Positions 1 through 10,282 of a stretch of 64,000 nucleotides of DNA are shown here, in pieces; within the stretch, counting starts at the first letter, position 1; each line of letters opens with the position of its first letter. The stretch is from an uncultured Clostridia bacterium (GTDB taxonomy: Bacteria; Bacillota; Clostridia; Christensenellales; UBA1242). The stretch spans positions 7,796 to 71,795 of the forward strand of contig CATKXS010000003.1 of assembly GCA_949841045.1 (NCBI GenBank), read 5' to 3'. Made by a program: the position numbers and the translations under genes. The notes beneath the pieces are model-generated. The model did not search any database, was not told the DNA's origin, and saw only the letters and a list, made by a program, of their open reading frames with translations.

Positions 1-3000
1 AGGTCGGCAAGAGAGTAACAATTATTCATTTCAACTACTGCAGAAACACTGTTTGCGACTTCACCAACAATTCCACCAAGTTTAGCACCAGCGTACATAC
101 CAGAAATAGATAATTTACTTGATTTTACAGTAACTTCACCAAGCTTAAGTTGACTTGAAACATAACCAACAGCACCACCAATGTTGGTTGAAGCTGAAAT
201 ATCACAATCAACCACACTTTCTTCAATTTGCGAGCTGACAACACCTCGAGCTTCAACAACACCTACAATTCCGCCAACGTAACCTATTGCTGGCTCATTT
301 TCGCTGTTTGTTGCTCTAAAGCTTTGACCTACATAAGCATTTGAAATACTGCCGCCCGTTAACTTTCCAGCAATTCCTCCAACACCTTGCGCCGCTTTAG
401 GAATGTTTACAAACGAAGACTCTACATTGCCATTGTCAGAAACATAAGAGTACTTCATTGAACCTGCATTTTCACCTACAATATAGCCTGCAAAGTGATT
501 TGCTCTAAGTTTTGCACCACTTGTAACATTTACAAATGAATATTGGACGTCACCGCCACTGCCAATTCCACCAAAAACAAAGCCCGTTCTACTTCCTGTT
601 ACGCTAGTTATTCCGTCCGCATGAGCATTATAAACTCTACCGCTTCCAACATAGCCAATTAAACCGCCAGCATAAGAATATGAACTTACCATTCCAGAAT
701 TTTCAACATAAGTATTGTCATCAATAGGCGAATAAACAGACCATACGTTTACATTACTGTAAATATCCTTAGCCTCGAATTCAGTTGTTGCCCTACCAAT
801 AATACCACCTACAAAGTTTAATCCAGAAACAGCTTCAAGATTGTGTTCATGTGCATCTACTGTTATGTCATAAATATATCCATAATTGAGTATACCTGCA
901 AGAACACCAACATTATTAGTATTATTGAAAATTACCTCTTTTGGAGCAATGGTTAAGTTTTTGACACTACCAATTTGATTTGCTGAATATCCAATTTGCG
1001 AGAATAATCCACCGTTTGTTCTTGAACTCATATATACAAGGCCTATTCCAGAAATTTCCATTCCATTTCCTTCCATATTTCCTGCATATATTACTCTATA
1101 TAGACTTGAGTGAGTTGGAAAGTCAATATAACTAATATCGCTTATAATTCTATAATCGGTAACATTAAGATTATTCAATGCTGTCTGATTAAGGATTTCA
1201 TCTTCCATTGTTTGACTATTATGAATAAGTCTTGGATTATGAATTGTACCTCTATCAGGTGCATTATCATCATCTATATAATTATAAGTAACATTTCCTG
1301 TTGCCTCGTCAATATCTGAATGCGAGAAATTTCTTACTGAAAGAGTTCTAACATTTGGAGCAACCAGACTTAGTCTGTTTTTACCAAATTCTAAGAGTTC
1401 GGTCTTGAAAATAGTATTACTTTGACTTACTCCACCCTCTTCATTTGGAAGAACAACTTTTTCTGTTGTAGGAACATACTCAACATAATCGTTGGTCAAA
1501 AAGCCTTGCGAGAAGAACCACACTGATTTTGTACTTATATTTTCATCATAAGAATAATCTTTGAAAAATTCATCAATGTTTCCAAAATCTTCCTCAGTAA
1601 TTCTTTCAACGCCTTCATATGCAACATTATAAAGAGATACGTTTATTCCATTAGTTAAATCATATAAATAATAGCAGTTTTCAAAAGTACCATTTCTTGA
1701 CTCACTAACTCCATCTCTAGCAAAACCAGCAGAAGCAGTTGTTCCACTTCTTAAAATTGATAATGAGAAACAATTTTTGATTGTTCCACCATTTTTATAA
1801 GCAAAACCTGCCATATCAGATGAAGTTCTTGCAAGATAAATATCTGTATAACAATCTTTTATATAACCTCTATTGTCATATATAAAACCGCCGCTTGCAA
1901 AGGTAGAAGAAATATAACTATCTGTGTCATGACTATAAACTTGAGCTCTTGACTGAGCACCTGAAACATAACTTGTTATGATTTTACCATCAATTGTGTT
2001 TGTAAGTACCAGTCCTGCACTGTGTTGGTCATAGTTTGAATTATTTATAATTTTGCCTTTTTCAAAGTAACATGCAGCGATATTCTTATTGTTTTGTGCA
2101 ACAAGACCTGCAATATTATAAGGCATCTTTGCATTTATGCTTACACCGCAGTTTGTGATATAACCGTTGTTATATCCAACAAGACCGCCAGCAAGACTAT
2201 TTCCAGTAAGAGCATTATCAGCCCTTATTGTTAAATAATATTCATTATTTTCTACCGTGTCGGTATAAACTTGGCAGTTTGTAATAATACCAGAGTTTTG
2301 TGCAACTATACTTCCAAATACAAAGTTATCAGAAGTTGTGACAAATTTAACTGTTCTAAGACCATACAAACCGTAGATTGCGTCATCTGGATTATTATTA
2401 AAATCTGAGCCGTCTGATGAAGAAGTATAATTTACAATAAGGTTTTTAATAATTGAGCCATCATTTAAACTGCTAAACAGTCCAATTTCACTCAAATCCC
2501 CCATATCATAAACTCCAGCGAAATTTATGGCATGCTCATTTCCGTCAAGTGAAGCAAAATTACCATTAAGTGGAGTAAACGCTTTCACTCCTTCACCCTC
2601 ATCATCAACAGAAGGAAGAGTGATGTCATTTAAGAGAATATAATAACCACCCTCTTGCATGTTGATAAAGTCACTATAACTATAAATTGGAATAGGACTC
2701 TCTTCACTACTGCTTGAATATACGCTTAATACAAAAGTTGTTGAGACGCGTCTATTTATTCCACCATTTGAGTTTTCCCTAGCACCATACATTCCAGATT
2801 CGGCAGCATAGTAACCTTCATAAGTAAAATAGTAGAATTTTTCTTCAGGAATATGAGTACGCTTAGGAGTTAATCTAAGACCAGTAGAATTGAAATAATA
2901 ATTATTATTTTCAATTTCATTTCCATTTTCATAACCAAGATTATATGAAAGTCTAGGCTCGCTCGTTGAACCCGCCATTTTATAGTCTGGTTGATTATCG

Positions 3001-6000
3001 CTTATAAGATTTGTATAAGCAGTCCAAGAACCAACTCTTTCAAGACTTGCCATAAATTCTTCAATCTTATTTACAACACCACTAATGCTTGGATTGTATT
3101 CAATAAATTGATATAAATCAAGTTCAAAGGTAGTGCGAGTACCCACCTGCATATTTATAACGCCATTTCCCATACCTTTGACAATATCAGGATTTACAAC
3201 GTTTTCATTATAATTTATAACATATTCATAAATGATAACTTTTGTTCTACTTTCAGCCGTTCTTACACTTTCACCATCTTGTTGTGAAGCTGAAGAGATA
3301 ATCTCTATTTCGTTTGCTCCATCTTGATAATTTATATTGCCTTCAGTAATGTTCAAATAGTAAGTGCCGTTATCGTTTATAATTCTTCCGTACGAAGGAT
3401 TTGAAGAAACAATATTTATATTGTCTTGTCTAAATCCATAGGAATTTATATTGAGTTTATATGACATGCCTCTTGCAACTTCATAAGTCATATAAGCACC
3501 AGCTTGATTTGCAATACCCTCTTTACCATCAATTTCAACAGAAACAAAGTTTTGAAGTTTTATTGTCAGTTCTTTACTTGCACTGTAAACAACCTCTCCG
3601 TCTTTATAAACAGAAATAATTATTTTTGATTTACTCAAGTCAACTACATTATTTGAACTGAAATCATATTTAATATAAACATTTCCGTTATAATCGACAT
3701 ATTTCTCATCAGAATAAGCGCTAATAAGTTCTTCTTGAGTGATTTTTAAGCCTTTGGTCACAATTGAACCTGAGATTTTGCTATCGTCAAACAATTGTTT
3801 GTCCTCATAACCCTTATTTCTTGATAAGAATACAAAGTTTGCACTTGCTCTTCCACTATTATAATTTGCATCATCATTTTCAATCAAAATATAATCAAAA
3901 TCACTATCAGATGGATTAATTGTAAAAGCAAGGAGTCCACTCTTGCCTGGATAAGCAAGGTCAGATGTCGATGTAAGACCGCTATCAGAGGTTATTTCAT
4001 CAAGAACTGTATAATTATCAATAACTATTGAAGTTATACCAGTCTTTTCAAAATCTAGTTCTATCATAAGAGATTTTGCTGAATTGCTTGCAGATTGAAT
4101 GAATAACAAATATCTGCCATAAATATTTTTTTCATATCTATTAAGATATAAGCTTGAATTTGTATTAATAGTTATTTTAACAATAAATTTGCAGTTAAAC
4201 ATTCCATTGCCAAGACTTTCAATTTCGCCATTTTTCTTAATGTCTACCTTAAACAAACCTTCATTTTTAGCAAATTGGTATTCATTTTTATTTATATCAT
4301 CACCTTGCAGAAGTTTGTCATCAAGCCCTACAATATAATATTTAGGAATGTCCTCACTTTGGTCAGTAGTCAAGATTGTAATTTGCTCTTCGACACCCTT
4401 ACTTGTATAAATTGGAACATTATTATAGTTTGTGTTGAAAATATCAAGTGCACCATATTTATAGTCCACTTTAGTATCATAAATGGTTTTATTTACGCTA
4501 GCAAAATAAATTTCTTCACCAACAGTCCTTTCAAGTCGTGGAGTAATTCTAAGTTTATATACCCCTTCACTGGTGCTTGCAAGCCTCTTTATTGTTATAG
4601 TCTGACCAACAATCGAAATATCAAGTTGACCTTCTAACAGTTCGCCGTTATCGCCAACAACTTCAACATTTGCAGATACATCAGTATTTGAAGCAAGATT
4701 GAATGCCATTCCGCCATAAGAAGCTTCTCCTCTTGAGTTTGAAACAAAACTATTAAGTCCATTCTCATCGCTTACGAAGTTATATTTTGGAAGAACATAT
4801 AAAGTTGCTGAATTGTTTCCTCGTAGTTCGATAGTTGCATCGTCTACAGCAACAGAAGAAGATGCTGATGTTGGATAAATAATTGACGTTCTATCATCAT
4901 TATTTTCTATTAATCCTTCAGTATCAAAGTAATTCACAACATAAATATAGAAATTAAGAGCATTGTTTGAATTTAAAATACTTGAAGCTGAAACAAGAGC
5001 AAGTCCTGTCTTTTTAATAGTCATTTTTCCATCATAATCAATAGACAAAATGTCTGTTGATTTAGAAGTAAATATCATTTCACCATAAGCTTTGAAAGGA
5101 TAAAGACCACTTGTCATTGACAAATTATTTAAGTCTCTATTAATTAAATTTTGGAGTTCGGCAACATCTCCATTTTCATCTGAAATTGAGCCAACTTCAA
5201 AGAAATATGCATAATACATATCATTTGCTTCGGCATGCATTTTATTAAGTTTGTTTGCAAAATTTGCATCTATAGACAAATCTTGAACATTCCCCTTTGC
5301 AAACTTCGCCTGATAAGTGATTTGATTTTGATTGCCAGTTTGACCTACAACTACAAAGTCACCATAATAAATTGTTCTACTTGCATTTGAAATAATTGGA
5401 GAATCTTTAGTTATATCAACATAATCACGCGAGATATATGAATAAACATTCGCAACACTGTCAATTGTGTTGTTTATACTTAAGCATGTTACTCCATGAC
5501 TAAAGTTACCAAATCCTAATCTATTATAATCAAGCACACCATTACTTTCATAACCATTTGGCAATTCTGACGCATAAAGCACTAGCATTGCACTTTCTTC
5601 ATTTACCTTTCCATCATCAACTGCCTGAATGGCAAAAGAAGAATTAAGACCATTTCCAGTTGCTTGTTCAATATTTGCAACAAGCGCAATATTAGCCGCT
5701 CTTACCCCAGCTTGTTTTCCTCTAATGAAAGTTCTAGTTGTTATTCCAGTAAATTGGTTTCTATCCGTAATGCCAGTAAATCTACCAACAACTCCACCAA
5801 GATAACCATAACCATTGATTTCGCCACCAACAATCATTCCATTGCCAGCTACAAATCCATCAAGGTATTCTGTCTTATAATTCGCATAAGCATTGAAGTC
5901 GCCATTTGCATTGTTGAATCCGCCAACAATGAGACCTCCCGTCTCACGAGTCGCACTATTTACAACGATTTCACTTTCTCCGGCAATACCACCGACATAA

Positions 6001-9000
6001 GAATTTAAGTTTGTAACACTTGGCAAAGTTGTTGAATAATTTGTTCTAATTAAAGAATAAGCCATGTAGTTAAGTTGACCGCTTAAAGATATAACTTTAC
6101 TGTCAACCTTTCTTATTATGCCTTTATTAATTCCCGCAACACTACCTATGCTTCTTGTTGCTCTCGTAACATAAACATTATAAGAAACGTCTAAATAGTC
6201 GTTCATAAATAAAGTAATATGAGGTGCAAGCCCGCTATAAGAAAGCCTTCCATGCTGTGAAAGTTGAGCAGGACTTAAAGACCTAGTTGCAGAATTATCC
6301 GCCTCAAATAAAGTAAAATCTTGAATAATTTCACCATTATTTACACCAACAATTCCACCTAAATAACAGTTTCCTTCTACTATAATGTTTACATTTGATT
6401 TATTAATAACGGTGCCAACATTTATAAGACTACCATTATTTTCACCTGCTACAAGTCCAATATATGAGGTTTCTTCAATATTGAGGTCAAAATTACCTTC
6501 AAATTTTATATATTCAATATAAGCCCCTTGAGCAATTTTTGAGAATAATCCAAAGTATTTTTCACCTTCAATTGTCAAATTTGTATTGTTTGCAATTGAA
6601 ATGCCTGTAATAGACGCAAAATCAGTCACACCAATAATAGAACCACTAAGTTCCCCTAAAGGCAACTCGTTTAATATAGAAGAAACATCTATTGAAGTTT
6701 TTAGTCGATAATGAGCTGAAAGATTGTTTTTTATAAGAAGAAGGTCGTCTACATTGTTTATTGTAAATCTAAGTTTTTCACTTCCGTTTGCAAAAACTGT
6801 CTTAATAGAAATTGCTTTTTCATTGTATCCGCTACGCAAATTTCCATTTCCATCAAGCCAATCGCTTGCAACTATCAAAATTTCACCCTCAATCGTTTCA
6901 GTAAAACTTTCTGCAAATCTTATAAATTCATCATTGACCTTAAAGCTTATTTGAGTTTTTCCATCACTGACAACATAAGAAATAGAATCTTTATCAATCA
7001 TTTGGTATTCTTTGTTGTTCTCATCTACTATAGTTGCACCAGAAACAATTGCACGAAGTTCGGCGTTTGTTGCATCGTTATTTGTTGGGAATGCAATAAC
7101 GCTCTGCTCAGGTTTTAAAACTGAAAATTCAAATTCTGTAACTGGAGATTGTAAGCTTATTCTATCAACTTCGTTGTAGACGTTGATATTAATATTTATT
7201 GTAAAAGAATAAATTTGACCATACTGCATAACATGTGCAACCAAGGTTATTCTTGCACCATTTGTAAGATTATCAAATGCAGTGAAAACCATTTTTTCTG
7301 TATCAAAAGTACCATATGAGCCTATTGTATAAACATTGCTTTGATTTGGCGAATAATACATTTTATTAACATAAACGCCATTTCTAAGTAATGCTGATTC
7401 ACTTTCAAAATAGATAAATTCTTTTAAAAATCTGCTTGGGATAAAATTGTTGTTTTCAGGATTTTGGAATAAATATGCTTGGTCATTTTTTAATGTAACT
7501 TCAATTTCTGCCTGCCTAAGCTTATCAAAATATGTGTTGGAATAAACATTTATATAGTTTGCGCTGACATTTTCTTCATATTCTTCGACAAATCCGTCTC
7601 TAAGTTTATTTACCCTTATACCTTCAGCCAAATCATAAGTAACTAAATTAATTATGTAATCAATACTTATAGTATCACATACAAAGTTTTCTATTATATA
7701 ACCTTGTACACTAATTTTAATTTCGTCACTGCCATTATGTGAAGAATAAAATAGATAATTTCCATTTTCTTCAAGCTTCATTGATATATTTGAACTTTCA
7801 ATTAAAACATCAATGCTGTTTATTGCAGTTGAATTATTTTTTCCATTTGCAATTACTCTTAAATCGAAGTAGCTTCTACCATTTTTATTAATAAGATAAA
7901 TAAGGCTTTGATTTTCACCGTCCTCTTTTAATCTTATTGAATTATCCTCATTTGATGATTGAACGGTAAGAGAATTAAGTGCTTCTCTAACATTAATTGT
8001 AAACGTAGTACGCGTTCCATTATCAAGAGTGATAGTATAAGTTCCCGAGCCGTTGTCGATAGGCAACATCTTTATATTTAAATAATATTTGCCATCTATC
8101 AAATTAAACATATCGTTTTCATCATAATTAAAACGAACAACATCTTTACCAGATTCAAGAGCAAAAGACATGCTTGAGAATTGTGCGTCAGAATAAATGT
8201 TACTAAAAGTCTTTTCCCCACTAAATCTTTCTAGATAAATATTTTCTCTAAATTCCTCATTTTCAAATTTGAGAGCTGTTGCACCCTTGAGAATTTGATA
8301 TTTAATGTTAGTTTCAAGGCTGTCTTCTTGAATAACATTAAAATCCATTTTCACAGGTAAACTAGCAACTTCTGATGTTACTTCAGCATTTTCTCCACCT
8401 TTAATATAAACAGGTTCTCTTAGATTTGTTATTTGTACTGGACGATTTACATAAATATTGTTTAAATATTTAATTTGCAGATTTGTACCAGTTAAGTCAA
8501 GCACTAAATTATCATATTCAGCACCCTCAGGAATAACTGAAAAGTTGAATGCTTGCCAACCTGAATCATCAGAGGCGTAGTTATTATAAAAATTGTATAC
8601 TTTGTTATTTTGAGTAAAGTTGACATTATTAATGAGTAAATTAGTAGGTATAATTCTAATTTCAATAGGAACACTGAACGTATAATTAACGTTTTGGTCT
8701 TCACTATTTTCAAATCCGTCATAATAGAAATTTAAATCAAAGAAAGTTGAATTTGCACTTCCGCTACCGCAATTTACTTCTATATAATAAATTGTATTTT
8801 CGCCCGATTTTAAAGTGTTTAAAATCTTGCTGTTTGCAATATTATTATTTCTTGTTTTTGCTTTTAAATTTAATAGTTCATTTGTTTTAACTGTCACTTC
8901 TAGATAAGCAGTCAAGAAATTGGCTGTATAACCTACTAAAAGTGGATTATCTTTAATAGCTGCACTATAATTTGGAATTAAAGTTATTTTCCCAGATTTA

Positions 9001-9968
9001 AGTTCGTCAATTTTATATGAAGTATTTTCAAGTCCTGGAACAAAGTCTCTCTCACTTATTTTAAAGCCATATTCATGCGAAAAATTATTTGGATTTATAT
9101 CTGAGATAAAGCTAAATTCACGCTCGCATATAATTATTTCTTTTTCTCCAATTTGTTCAACAGAAGAAGCCTCATATTTAGCAACAAAGGTAAATTTCAT
9201 GCCAGGATTTACTGACGAGGCTATCTCTTCATTAAAACTAAATTCGCCTTCTTCATTAGTTACATCAATAAATTCATATCTTACATTTTCACTTTCGTCA
9301 ACAATTTGCGACCTTCCCAATGTATGCAAAAGCCCATCTTTGTCAGTAAAGATGAGATAAGCATTGTCATTCAAATTGTACACTTGAACTCTTGTGAAAT
9401 TATTCACATAAAGGTCGTTTTCTTTAATATCTTCTATGGTTAAACTGCCCTCTACCTTGTTTTGACCATAAAAATAATATTCAAGTTCTCTTTCAGTTGA
9501 ACTTTCTTTAAAAGTAAAATCGGAAGAAGCTGGTTCAAGCGCTGTTGTGTCAGACACATACAATCCATTCTCCCCTTTCACTAGTTTGTCAGAGTATTCC
9601 TTAACAAAAATTGTAAGATTGAAAGTTTTTACACCTTCAATAGTAACAAACTCAACAGTAGTTCTTCCACCACTTAAACCTTTAACTGAATAAGTTGTGG
9701 TATTGTTTTGGCTAGCAACTCTTTGGATTTGTACAACCTGCTGATTTGAACTTGTAAATCTTAAACCCTTATTCATTTTGTCAACAGGCCTTTCTATGGT
9801 TATGCTAACCTCTTGCTCTTCATTAACAAAAAGCTCTAAATATTCTCCACAAGAAGATGAAAGATAAGTATTTGAATAATCTAACTTGCCACAAGCAACA
9901 AAAAGGAAGCTTGCAATAACAAGCACTAAACTAAATATAAAAATGCTAAGCTTTTTAGATTTAATCAT
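1..9968 (-). CDS. Giant cell-surface lipoprotein, 3' end cut by the window edge (at least 3322 codons); GLUG-motif repeat arrays plus Ig-like (Big_2-like) modules
   Basis: The minus-strand frame whose codons occupy plus-strand triplets starting at coordinates divisible by 3 is open from the ATG at 9968-9966 to position 3. I hand-translated 9968-9720, 6002-5916, 2222-2142 and 119-3 and found no stops. The supplied track lists no stop-bounded ORF in this frame, so it evidently omits ORFs without an in-window stop. SD AAGGAG lies at 9973-9978, 4 nt before the ATG, and there is an in-frame upstream stop at 9990-9992. The N-terminus MIKSKKLSIFIFSLVLVIASFLFVAC-GK is a lipoprotein signal peptide with a lipobox. 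Read directly: LRFTSSNQQVVQIQR (Big_2-like), SLAGGLVGYNNGYITNCGV, YVGGIAGESEIVVNSATRETGGLIVGGF, and KLGGIVGEVANSVSAVVEMNNCYS (GLUG-type). G-G-[ILA]-[VIA]-G cores recur about every 100 nt in ~60-910, and further arrays lie at ~1700-2520 and ~5790-6650. Confidence 0.85.
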   Translation of the reverse strand, partial: MIKSKKLSIFIFSLVLVIASFLFVACGKLDYSNTYLSSSCGEYLELFVNEEQEVSITIERPVDKMNKGLRFTSSNQQVVQIQRVASQNNTTTYSVKGLSGGRTTVEFVTIEGVKTFNLTIFVKEYSDKLVKGENGLYVSDTTALEPASSDFTFKESSTERELEYYFYGQNKVEGSLTIEDIKENDLYVNNFTRVQVYNLNDNAYLIFTDKDGLLHTLGRSQIVDESENVRYEFIDVTNEEGEFSFNEEIASSVNPGMKFTFVAKYEASSVEQIGEKEIIICEREFSFISDINPNNFSHEYGFKISERDFVPGLENTSYKIDELKSGKITLIPNYSAAIKDNPLLVGYTANFLTAYLEVTVKTNELLNLKAKTRNNNIANSKILNTLKSGENTIYYIEVNCGSGSANSTFFDLNFYYDGFENSEDQNVNYTFSVPIEIRIIPTNLLINNVNFTQNNKVYNFYNNYASDDSGWQAFNFSVIPEGAEYDNLVLDLTGTNLQIKYLNNIYVNRPVQITNLREPVYIKGGENAEVTSEVASLPVKMDFNVIQEDSLETNIKYQILKGATALKFENEEFRENIYLERFSGEKTFSNIYSDAQFSSMSFALESGKDVVRFNYDENDMFNLIDGKYYLNIKMLPIDNGSGTYTITLDNGTRTTFTINVREALNSLTVQSSNEDNSIRLKEDGENQSLIYLINKNGRSYFDLRVIANGKNNSTAINSIDVLIESSNISMKLEENGNYLFYSSHNGSDEIKISVQGYIIENFVCDTISIDYIINLVTYDLAEGIRVNKLRDGFVEEYEENVSANYINVYSNTYFDKLRQAEIEVTLKNDQAYLFQNPENNNFIPSRFLKEFIYFESESALLRNGVYVNKMYYSPNQSNVYTIGSYGTFDTEKMVFTAFDNLTNGARITLVAHVMQYGQIYSFTINININVYNEVDRISLQSPVTEFEFSVLKPEQSVIAFPTNNDATNAELRAIVSGATIVDENNKEYQMIDKDSISYVVSDGKTQISFKVNDEFIRFAESFTETIEGEILIVASDWLDGNGNLRSGYNEKAISIKTVFANGSEKLRFTINNVDDLLLIKNNLSAHYRLKTSIDVSSILNELPLGELSGSIIGVTDFASITGISIANNTNLTIEGEKYFGLFSKIAQGAYIEYIKFEGNFDLNIEETSYIGLVAGENNGSLINVGTVINKSNVNIIVEGNCYLGGIVGVNNGEIIQDFTLFEADNSATRSLSPAQLSQHGRLSYSGLAPHITLFMNDYLDVSYNVYVTRATRSIGSVAGINKGIIRKVDSKVISLSGQLNYMAYSLIRTNYSTTLPSVTNLNSYVGGIAGESEIVVNSATRETGGLIVGGFNNANGDFNAYANYKTEYLDGFVAGNGMIVGGEINGYGYLGGVVGRFTGITDRNQFTGITTRTFIRGKQAGVRAANIALVANIEQATGNGLNSSFAIQAVDDGKVNEESAMLVLYASELPNGYESNGVLDYNRLGFGNFSHGVTCLSINNTIDSVANVYSYISRDYVDITKDSPIISNASRTIYYGDFVVVGQTGNQNQITYQAKFAKGNVQDLSIDANFANKLNKMHAEANDMYYAYFFEVGSISDENGDVAELQNLINRDLNNLSMTSGLYPFKAYGEMIFTSKSTDILSIDYDGKMTIKKTGLALVSASSILNSNNALNFYIYVVNYFDTEGLIENNDDRTSIIYPTSASSSVAVDDATIELRGNNSATLYVLPKYNFVSDENGLNSFVSNSRGEASYGGMAFNLASNTDVSANVEVVGDNGELLEGQLDISIVGQTITIKRLASTSEGVYKLRITPRLERTVGEEIYFASVNKTIYDTKVDYKYGALDIFNTNYNNVPIYTSKGVEEQITILTTDQSEDIPKYYIVGLDDKLLQGDDINKNEYQFAKNEGLFKVDIKKNGEIESLGNGMFNCKFIVKITINTNSSLYLNRYEKNIYGRYLLFIQSASNSAKSLMIELDFEKTGITSIVIDNYTVLDEITSDSGLTSTSDLAYPGKSGLLAFTINPSDSDFDYILIENDDANYNSGRASANFVFLSRNKGYEDKQLFDDSKISGSIVTKGLKITQEELISAYSDEKYVDYNGNVYIKYDFSSNNVVDLSKSKIIISVYKDGEVVYSASKELTIKLQNFVSVEIDGKEGIANQAGAYMTYEVARGMSYKLNINSYGFRQDNINIVSSNPSYGRIINDNGTYYLNITEGNINYQDGANEIEIISSASQQDGESVRTAESRTKVIIYEYVINYNENVVNPDIVKGMGNGVINMQVGTRTTFELDLYQFIEYNPSISGVVNKIEEFMASLERVGSWTAYTNLISDNQPDYKMAGSTSEPRLSYNLGYENGNEIENNNYYFNSTGLRLTPKRTHIPEEKFYYFTYEGYYAAESGMYGARENSNGGINRRVSTTFVLSVYSSSSEESPIPIYSYSDFINMQEGGYYILLNDITLPSVDDEGEGVKAFTPLNGNFASLDGNEHAINFAGVYDMGDLSEIGLFSSLNDGSIIKNLIVNYTSSSDGSDFNNNPDDAIYGLYGLRTVKFVTTSDNFVFGSIVAQNSGIITNCQVYTDTVENNEYYLTIRADNALTGNSLAGGLVGYNNGYITNCGVSINAKMPYNIAGLVAQNNKNIAACYFEKGKIINNSNYDQHSAGLVLTNTIDGKIITSYVSGAQSRAQVYSHDTDSYISSTFASGGFIYDNRGYIKDCYTDIYLARTSSDMAGFAYKNGGTIKNCFSLSILRSGTTASAGFARDGVSESRNGTFENCYYLYDLTNGINVSLYNVAYEGVERITEEDFGNIDEFFKDYSYDENISTKSVWFFSQGFLTNDYVEYVPTTEKVVLPNEEGGVSQSNTIFKTELLEFGKNRLSLVAPNVRTLSVRNFSHSDIDEATGNVTYNYIDDDNAPDRGTIHNPRLIHNSQTMEDEILNQTALNNLNVTDYRIISDISYIDFPTHSSLYRVIYAGNMEGNGMEISGIGLVYMSSRTNGGLFSQIGYSANQIGSVKNLTIAPKEVIFNNTNNVGVLAGILNYGYIYDITVDAHEHNLEAVSGLNFVGGIIGRATTEFEAKDIYSNVNVWSVYSPIDDNTYVENSGMVSSYSYAGGLIGYVGSGRVYNAHADGITSVTGSRTGFVFGGIGSGGDVQYSFVNVTSGAKLRANHFAGYIVGENAGSMKYSYVSDNGNVESSFVNIPKAAQGVGGIAGKLTGGSISNAYVGQSFRATNSENEPAIGYVGGIVGVVEARGVVSSQIEESVVDCDISASTNIGGAVGYVSSQLKLGEVTVKSSKLSISGMYAGAKLGGIVGEVANSVSAVVEMNNCYSLAD

Positions 9969-10015
9969 TTTTCTCCTTTTTGTTAAAATTTACTTCAGTT
10001 AAACTATTACAAGAA

Positions 10016-10136
10016 GCGACATGCTTGCTTGCAATAGCATTCGCGCCGCAGCCTAAAAACACAAGGAAGCGTTTGATTTATCAAACCAATTGCGACAGCA
10101 ATTTAAAATTTTAAGCTTGTCTTAAAATTTGCTTCC
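10016..10136. other. Repeat unit A predicted fold: variable-stem hairpin (10016-10044) plus four-helix junction (10065-10136); candidate structured RNA or DNA element, strand undetermined
   Basis: Hairpin: GCGA(c)ATGCT, loop tgcttgcaat, AGCAT TCGC. Junction: the closing helix GGAAGC 10065-10070 pairs with GCTTCC 10131-10136 and encloses GTTTGA-ttta-TCAAAC (10071-10086), AATTGC-gaca-GCAATT (10088-10103) and AAATTTTAAG-cttgt-CTTAAAATTT (10106-10130), with only 0-2 nt linkers. Confidence 0.6.
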
Positions 10137-10156
10137 GCTAAGTGTTATTACAAGAA

Positions 10157-10276
10157 GTACGAACTTGCTCGCAAGAGTGAGTACGCCGCAGCCTAAAAAC
10201 ACAAGGAAGCGTTTGATTTATCAAACCAATTGCGACAGCAATTTAAAATTTTAAGCTTGTCTTAAAATTAGCTTCC
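10157..10276. other. Repeat unit B predicted fold: variable-stem hairpin (10157-10184) plus the same four-helix junction (10205-10276)
   Basis: Hairpin: GTAC(ga)ACT, loop tgctcgcaag, AGT(ga)GTAC. Almost every stem position differs from unit A yet pairing is kept, and 8 of 10 loop positions are conserved. The junction is identical to unit A except that one base shortens the third hairpin by 1 bp. Confidence 0.6.
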
Positions 10277-10282
10277 GCAGTG

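Noticed and set aside
1110-8722. Short track ORFs inside the first 10 kb (1110-1319 +, 4275-4637 +, 5664-6008 +, 6724-6954 +, 8504-8722 -)
   Set aside because: They lie antisense to, or out of frame with, the continuous minus-strand giant ORF. Their translations are low-complexity and I/F/N/S-rich with no RBS. They are shadow ORFs.
10065-10136. Small self-cleaving ribozyme (hammerhead, twister-sister) suggested by the four-way junction
   Set aside because: The junction has almost no unpaired linker nucleotides. I could not find the conserved cores, such as CUGANGA...GAAA of the hammerhead.
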